Source: the human T2T-CHM13v2.0 reference genome, Homo sapiens. Taken from it: 64,000 nt of DNA. Under the pieces are notes generated by a model that did no database searches, had not been told where the DNA came from, and saw only the letters and a list, made by a program, of their open reading frames with translations. Location of the stretch: NCBI RefSeq assembly GCF_009914755.1, contig NC_060933.1; one strand, given 5' to 3'. A program made the position numbers and the translations under genes. How positions within the stretch are numbered: the first letter of the stretch is position 1; each line of letters opens with the position of its first letter. Positions 59,040 to 64,000 of this stretch are shown piece by piece.

Positions 59040-59640
59040 AATGCTGGACTTTACAGTTATCATTGTTATATTTGTTATTATATGGAATTGTGACCTTTCA
59101 TCTATGTTAATCCTTCTAATTTATGTTATGTGCAAATTTGATAATTATGCATTCTTTGTTTTGAAGTCATTGATGAAAATGTTGGACAGGAAAGGGCCAG
59201 AGCACACTGGTATACTGTCACCATTTCCACACGCTCTCCCAAACCATCTCACTAATTATCTAGTATGGAATTTTCCCCAGGATTCACATTAAGATTTACA
59301 GCCTGCAGTGTTTTAAATATACTTTCTTTTGTGAAAATTGGGTCAATATTTGCAAGTCTTTAGGAACCTTACCAATTCTTTGCAGTTCTTCATAGATAAG
59401 CAGAGATATTTCTGTGATCACATTTGCAAGGTCTTTTGGTTCTCTCGAGTGTAATTTCCCTGGGCCTGTTGACTTGAACTCATCTGAAGTATCTAGGTTT
59501 GTTCTTAATCTTCCTTTGTTTTTATTTTCCTCTTAATCATTTTATTTTAGATTTTTGTATTTTGAAGATCATTTTCCTCAGTAAAGAAGGAAGGTGGAAA
59601 AAATATGGAGTTGAATAGTTTTGCTTTCTCTTTTACATCC
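59040..59640 (-). mobile_element. L3/CR1 remnant
   Basis: Reverse strand gives LIKFA-like (TGTGCAAATTTGATAA) and FNIFIND-like (GTCATTGATGAAAATGTTG) CR1 reverse-transcriptase motifs. Confidence 0.55.
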
Positions 59641-61086
59641 ATTGACAATATCCACCCTATCATTTGTCACCTTTCAGACACTGTTTATTGCATAGCTCAG
59701 TTACTTCCTACTCAGCACGTCCTGATGATACCATCCCCAGTCAGATATAAACACACCACCCTTACACAGTACTGGGCCACAGACCTTAAGGTTCATAGAT
59801 TTAACATTAACATGTTTGTTGTTTTTGTTTTGCCTTTCAGATTATTTATCTCCTGGTCATCAAAGATTTCCTTTTTTTATTTACCCAAAGGGGACAGGAG
59901 TCAGTCTGTGTATTGGAAGATGTGACCATATTTGGTGAGAGTGGAGGGGTAGAAAATATTTTGCAAATGAGGGATGTTTACTGCCTTCCTGACTGTAGAC
60001 TGAAGGAGGCAAGGACTTTGACATTTTCCCCAACGCCTATCTGTATTTCCAATGCCTGTCACATAGTACGTGCTCAATGGATATTGATTGAACTAACTAA
60101 AATTGTCCTTATCTACTGTCAAACTATAACAACCTAGAAGGGTATATTCTTGCTGAACGAGAACATCAAGAAGACAGGAAGGAAGCTGAAGATATCTCTG
60201 TCAAGTCATCCTCTGTGTCTGTCATGTGTCCCACATGTGTAGTCCTAAATGCCACTGTCTCACAGTTGGCCTCTTATCAGGACCTAAGCCCTGTGGAGAC
60301 AGCAACTTGCAGAGCCCCATTCCAGGGGCAGCAAGGGGTGGGCAAGATGGAATCACTCAGCTTAAGGAAGGTCTTCCCCATCTATGCTTTTGAAGAAGGA
60401 AGAAGTGGGACTATCATTCACTAGTCTAATCTTACTGCTAAAATTAGACTGAGTGCTCCATCTCCAAACCTGGAGGGCCATGGTGTGGTGTGTGTCACAC
60501 AAGCCAAAAGTTGTTCTTCCCAAGGTCTGGGCAGTGGAAGCAGTATAAACACTGATGAATAAACTCATCTGAATTTTAAAAAGATGAAGAAAATTGTTCC
60601 TGTCCCCTGGTGGAACTTTTCAAGTGACATTGACAAATAAACCTCTCAAAACCTGTAGAACCAATTTTTTTTTTACAACACTTTTTTATTCCCTTTTCTA
60701 TGTCCTCCTTTTCCTCCTCCTTCATCTTCTATTTCTTTTCTCTCTTTCCTTTCCTCTCTTTTTTTTCTTCCAACTTTTATTTTAGGTTCAGGGAGTATAT
60801 GGGCAGGAATATCACATGGGTAAATTGTGTGTTGCTGGGGTTTGATGTACAAATGATTTCACCAGGTAGTGAGCGTAGTACTTGAACATTCACATTTTAA
60901 TAATTCATGGGAAAGCTGCAAATGTCTATGATATTAGACAGTTGTAATAGTAAAATTATAATCTTCCTCATAAGATTATTGTGAAGATTAAGATATTATA
61001 TGAAAAAAACCTGCATGCAAGGTTGATACTTGGAAGTGGAGAATATAGCAAGTAAGTTAGGTTACCCAGGCATTCAGCATAGGCAC

Positions 61087-62076
61087 TGTGAATGGAAAAA
61101 TCAACACACAACATGTTTTCTCTTATACTCTCACTCAACAACAACAGTCACCAACACAGAAGACTTCTGTGACCAAATGTGTGTGAGTTTCTCCCCATAT
61201 TTCAAGCAAGCAATCAGTTCAACAGACCCTAGCTTAGGTATCTTCTAGTTGAATTCAATTCTGGTGCTGTCTACCTAGAGATAGCCTCAGAAACCACAGT
61301 TTGAGAGTCAAGTCCCACAAGACCACACCCTTCCCTCCCACCAGTCACAAGTCCAGGCCCTTGGAACTTCTAAACAACCAGCTTCAAGTTGGAGTTCCCA
61401 CGATCCCTTTTTGGGCTTGATTAATTTGCTGGGATGGCTCACAGAACTCAGGGAGACAATTTACCAGTTCTTTATAAAGGATATTACAAGGGATACAGCT
61501 GAAGAGATGCATAAGGTGAGGTATGAGGGAATGGGTGCAGAGCTTCCATGTCCTCCCTGGAGACACCACCCTTCAGGAACCTCCATGTGATCATCTCTCT
61601 GGAAGCTCTCTAAATTCTGTCCTCTTGTACCTCTTATGGAGACTTTATTGGATAGGCATGATGGAAGCATAGACAACCATGTCAAAATGTGATTGGACAA
61701 AAAGGGTATGATCTAATACTAACAGACTGAGTGGAGAAACCCAACAAGGCCTGTCTGTTCAGATTCTTATTGGCCTCTCCATGTAACATTTCTTCCTCCA
61801 GGGTATGGGGCAGGACCCCCTCCGGAATGAGTGTCTTATGACCTACAATCAGTTTAGAGTCCCGCCATTGGCAGGTTCGGAGGGCAGGAGGTCAGAGAGA
61901 GATTCTGTTTCCTGAGGTCTACTTTGGACACTGAAAGTGCCCCAGCATTGTAACAAAAGACATGTGTCTGTCATGTGTCCCACGTGGGCCATGGGAGTTA
62001 TGATCAAGGAACTGTGGACAAAGACCAATGTATATATATTATATATATGTAATATTTATATAATCATAATATCACG
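61087..62076 (-). mobile_element. MER21-family solo LTR
   Basis: ACACAGAAGACTTCTGTGACCAAATG...TCACAGAACTCAGGGAGACA...CATAATATCAC(G); degenerate 5-bp TSD GGCAC/GACAC. Confidence 0.82.
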
Positions 62077-62269
62077 GACACCATCAGTTAATAGTTTCTA
62101 ATGCATTAGATTCAGAACATTCCTGAGATATATTCTTTGTGTTGTTGGTTTTGTATTTTTGATATTTGGTAAGCATAGTGAGTTGAGTTACTCTTACCTA
62201 CCCTATGGGGTAGATATTATTTATCTTCATGATACAAGTAATTCTCAGTTTATGGCCTGCAATCATTGG

Positions 62270-64000
62270 GCCACCTTTTAATATTATGTAGCTTTCTGTA
62301 GATTCTTTGATATTTTCTATGTAGACAATCATGTAATCTGTGAAGACAATTTTATTTTTTTCTAGCCTTTGCCCCACCCACCCTCTCTCCCTTCTTTCAT
62401 CCTTCCTTCCTTTTTTAACCTTATTGCCCTGGCTAGGGCCTCCAGTATGAAGTTGAGTAAGAATGGTGAGATCAGACATCCTTACCTTCTTCCCAATATT
62501 AGAGAATGGTCTTTCACCACTTAAGTATGGTGTTAAATGTAGGGTTTTTGTAGATTCCTGCTGTCAGGTTGAGGAAGTTAACTTCTATTTTTTAGTTTGC
62601 TGAGAGTTTTTATAATGAATAAATGTTCAGTTTTTGTCAAATGATTATCTTTAAATCTACCGTCTTGCTATTTTTGTCTATTTGTCCATCTGTTCTCTTT
62701 TCCCTCTTTCTTTTGGATTAATCAAATATTTTTTATGATTCAATTTTTTTCCTTTTGCTGGCTTACTATAGCTCTTGGTTTTTTATTTTTTATTTTTTTA
62801 GGGGTTGCTTTATGGTTCAGAGTATACATCTTTAACATCACAGTCTATTTTCAAGTAATGTTATATATTTCACTTCACATATAAGAACCTTCTAACAGTA
62901 TACTTCTAGGTCCTCTCTTAGGGTCTTTTTGCTGTGGTTGCTATACATTTTACTTCTGCATACATTATCAGCCCCATTTGTTTTTGTTATTTTTGCTTTA
63001 AATTGTGTTATTTTTCAAAGAGATTGTAAAAATAAGGAAAAATATTTATATTTACATATATATCCGTATGTGCCATTTTCAGTGCTCTTCGTTCATTTGT
63101 GTAGAATCCGGTTTCTGTCAGGTATCCCCTTTCTATCAACTTGAAGTACTTTTTAAACATTCCTTCTAGCACACCTTTCTGCTGGTGATGGATTCTATCA
63201 GCTTTTTAATGTTTAAAAATATCTTTATTTTGCCTTATTTAAAAAACAACTTTCTCTGGGGATAGAATTCTAGGTTGCATTTTCTGTCATTTTCGAATAC
63301 TTCCAAGATGTTGTCCCACTGTCTTCTGGCTTGGATTGTTTCTCACAAGAAGTCTTCTGTCATTCTTATCTTTGTTTCTTCGTATTTCATGTGTCTTTTT
63401 TCTTCCCGTTTTTAAGATGTTTTTCTTTATTTATTTTAAGTAATTTTACTGTAATGTGCATTAGTATAGCTTTCTTCATTTTTCTTGTCCTTTGAGCTTC
63501 TTGGATCTATGGTTTTCTCATTTTTCTCAAATGTAGAAAATCTTTGGCGTTAAGTTTTTCAAATTATTTTTCTCTCATGGAGTCCAGTTACATGTATTTT
63601 ATGTTGTTTTCATTTGGCCCATGACTATTGATCTTGGTTAATTTATTTTCAACTTATTTTTCTCTGTGTGTTTCATTTTGGATAGTTTCTATTGCTGTGT
63701 CCTTAGGTTTACTAATCTTTTCTTCTGCATTGTCTTATCTGCTATTAATCCCATCTAGTGCATTTTTTAATTTCAGGTACTCTTTTTTTAAATTCTATTA
63801 ATTTAATATTTTAAAATATCTTATATGGCTTTTCTTCTAATGTGCTTATATTTTCTTCTACCTTCTTAAATACATGGAACATATCATAATAACTGTTTTT
63901 AATATCCTCATTTATTAATTCCATTATCCCTATCATATCTGGGTCTATTTCTGTTGATTGGTTTTTCTCATTGCAGATCATGTTATTCTGCTTTTTTGCA
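62270..64000 (-). mobile_element. Old L1M/L1ME fragments
   Basis: IVFTDYMIVYIEN (L1 reverse-transcriptase FADDMIVY remnant) in ORF 62198-62479; T-rich antisense L1 composition. Confidence 0.7.

Noticed and set aside
59091-59098. NBRE (AAAGGTCA on the minus strand) suggesting NR4A regulation of STX17
   Set aside because: A single 8-mer is expected by chance in 64 kb, and it lies in an old repeat.
53012-64000. Link to the horse Grey STX17 duplication enhancer
   Set aside because: That element is in intron 6, beyond this window.

Overview
Primate (very likely human, chr9q22-q31) genomic DNA. On the + strand it holds the last coding exon and long 3' UTR of NR4A3 (NOR-1). About 40 kb of repeat-rich intergenic DNA follows, then a CpG-island bidirectional promoter, the non-coding exon 1 and first coding exon of STX17 (syntaxin 17), and part of STX17 intron 2. 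A divergent minus-strand lncRNA (STX17-DT/STX17-AS1) probably starts at the same promoter. Most of the rest is transposon-derived: more than 20 Alus, a 5'-truncated L1PA with an open ORF2 C-terminus, an old L1 with 5'UTR/ORF1/endonuclease, a two-LTR THE1 element, solo LTRs (ERV1-type, MST, MLT1, MER21), and L2, L3/CR1, MIR and MER5 remnants. I see no new multi-gene system. The most unusual signals are (i) a uORF in STX17 exon 2 whose stop codon doubles as a potential internal splice acceptor next to the main ATG, and (ii) several locally templated inversion/duplication scars, including nested hairpins just downstream of NR4A3. Gene and repeat names come from recognition, not database searches, and repeat boundaries without a stated TSD are approximate.
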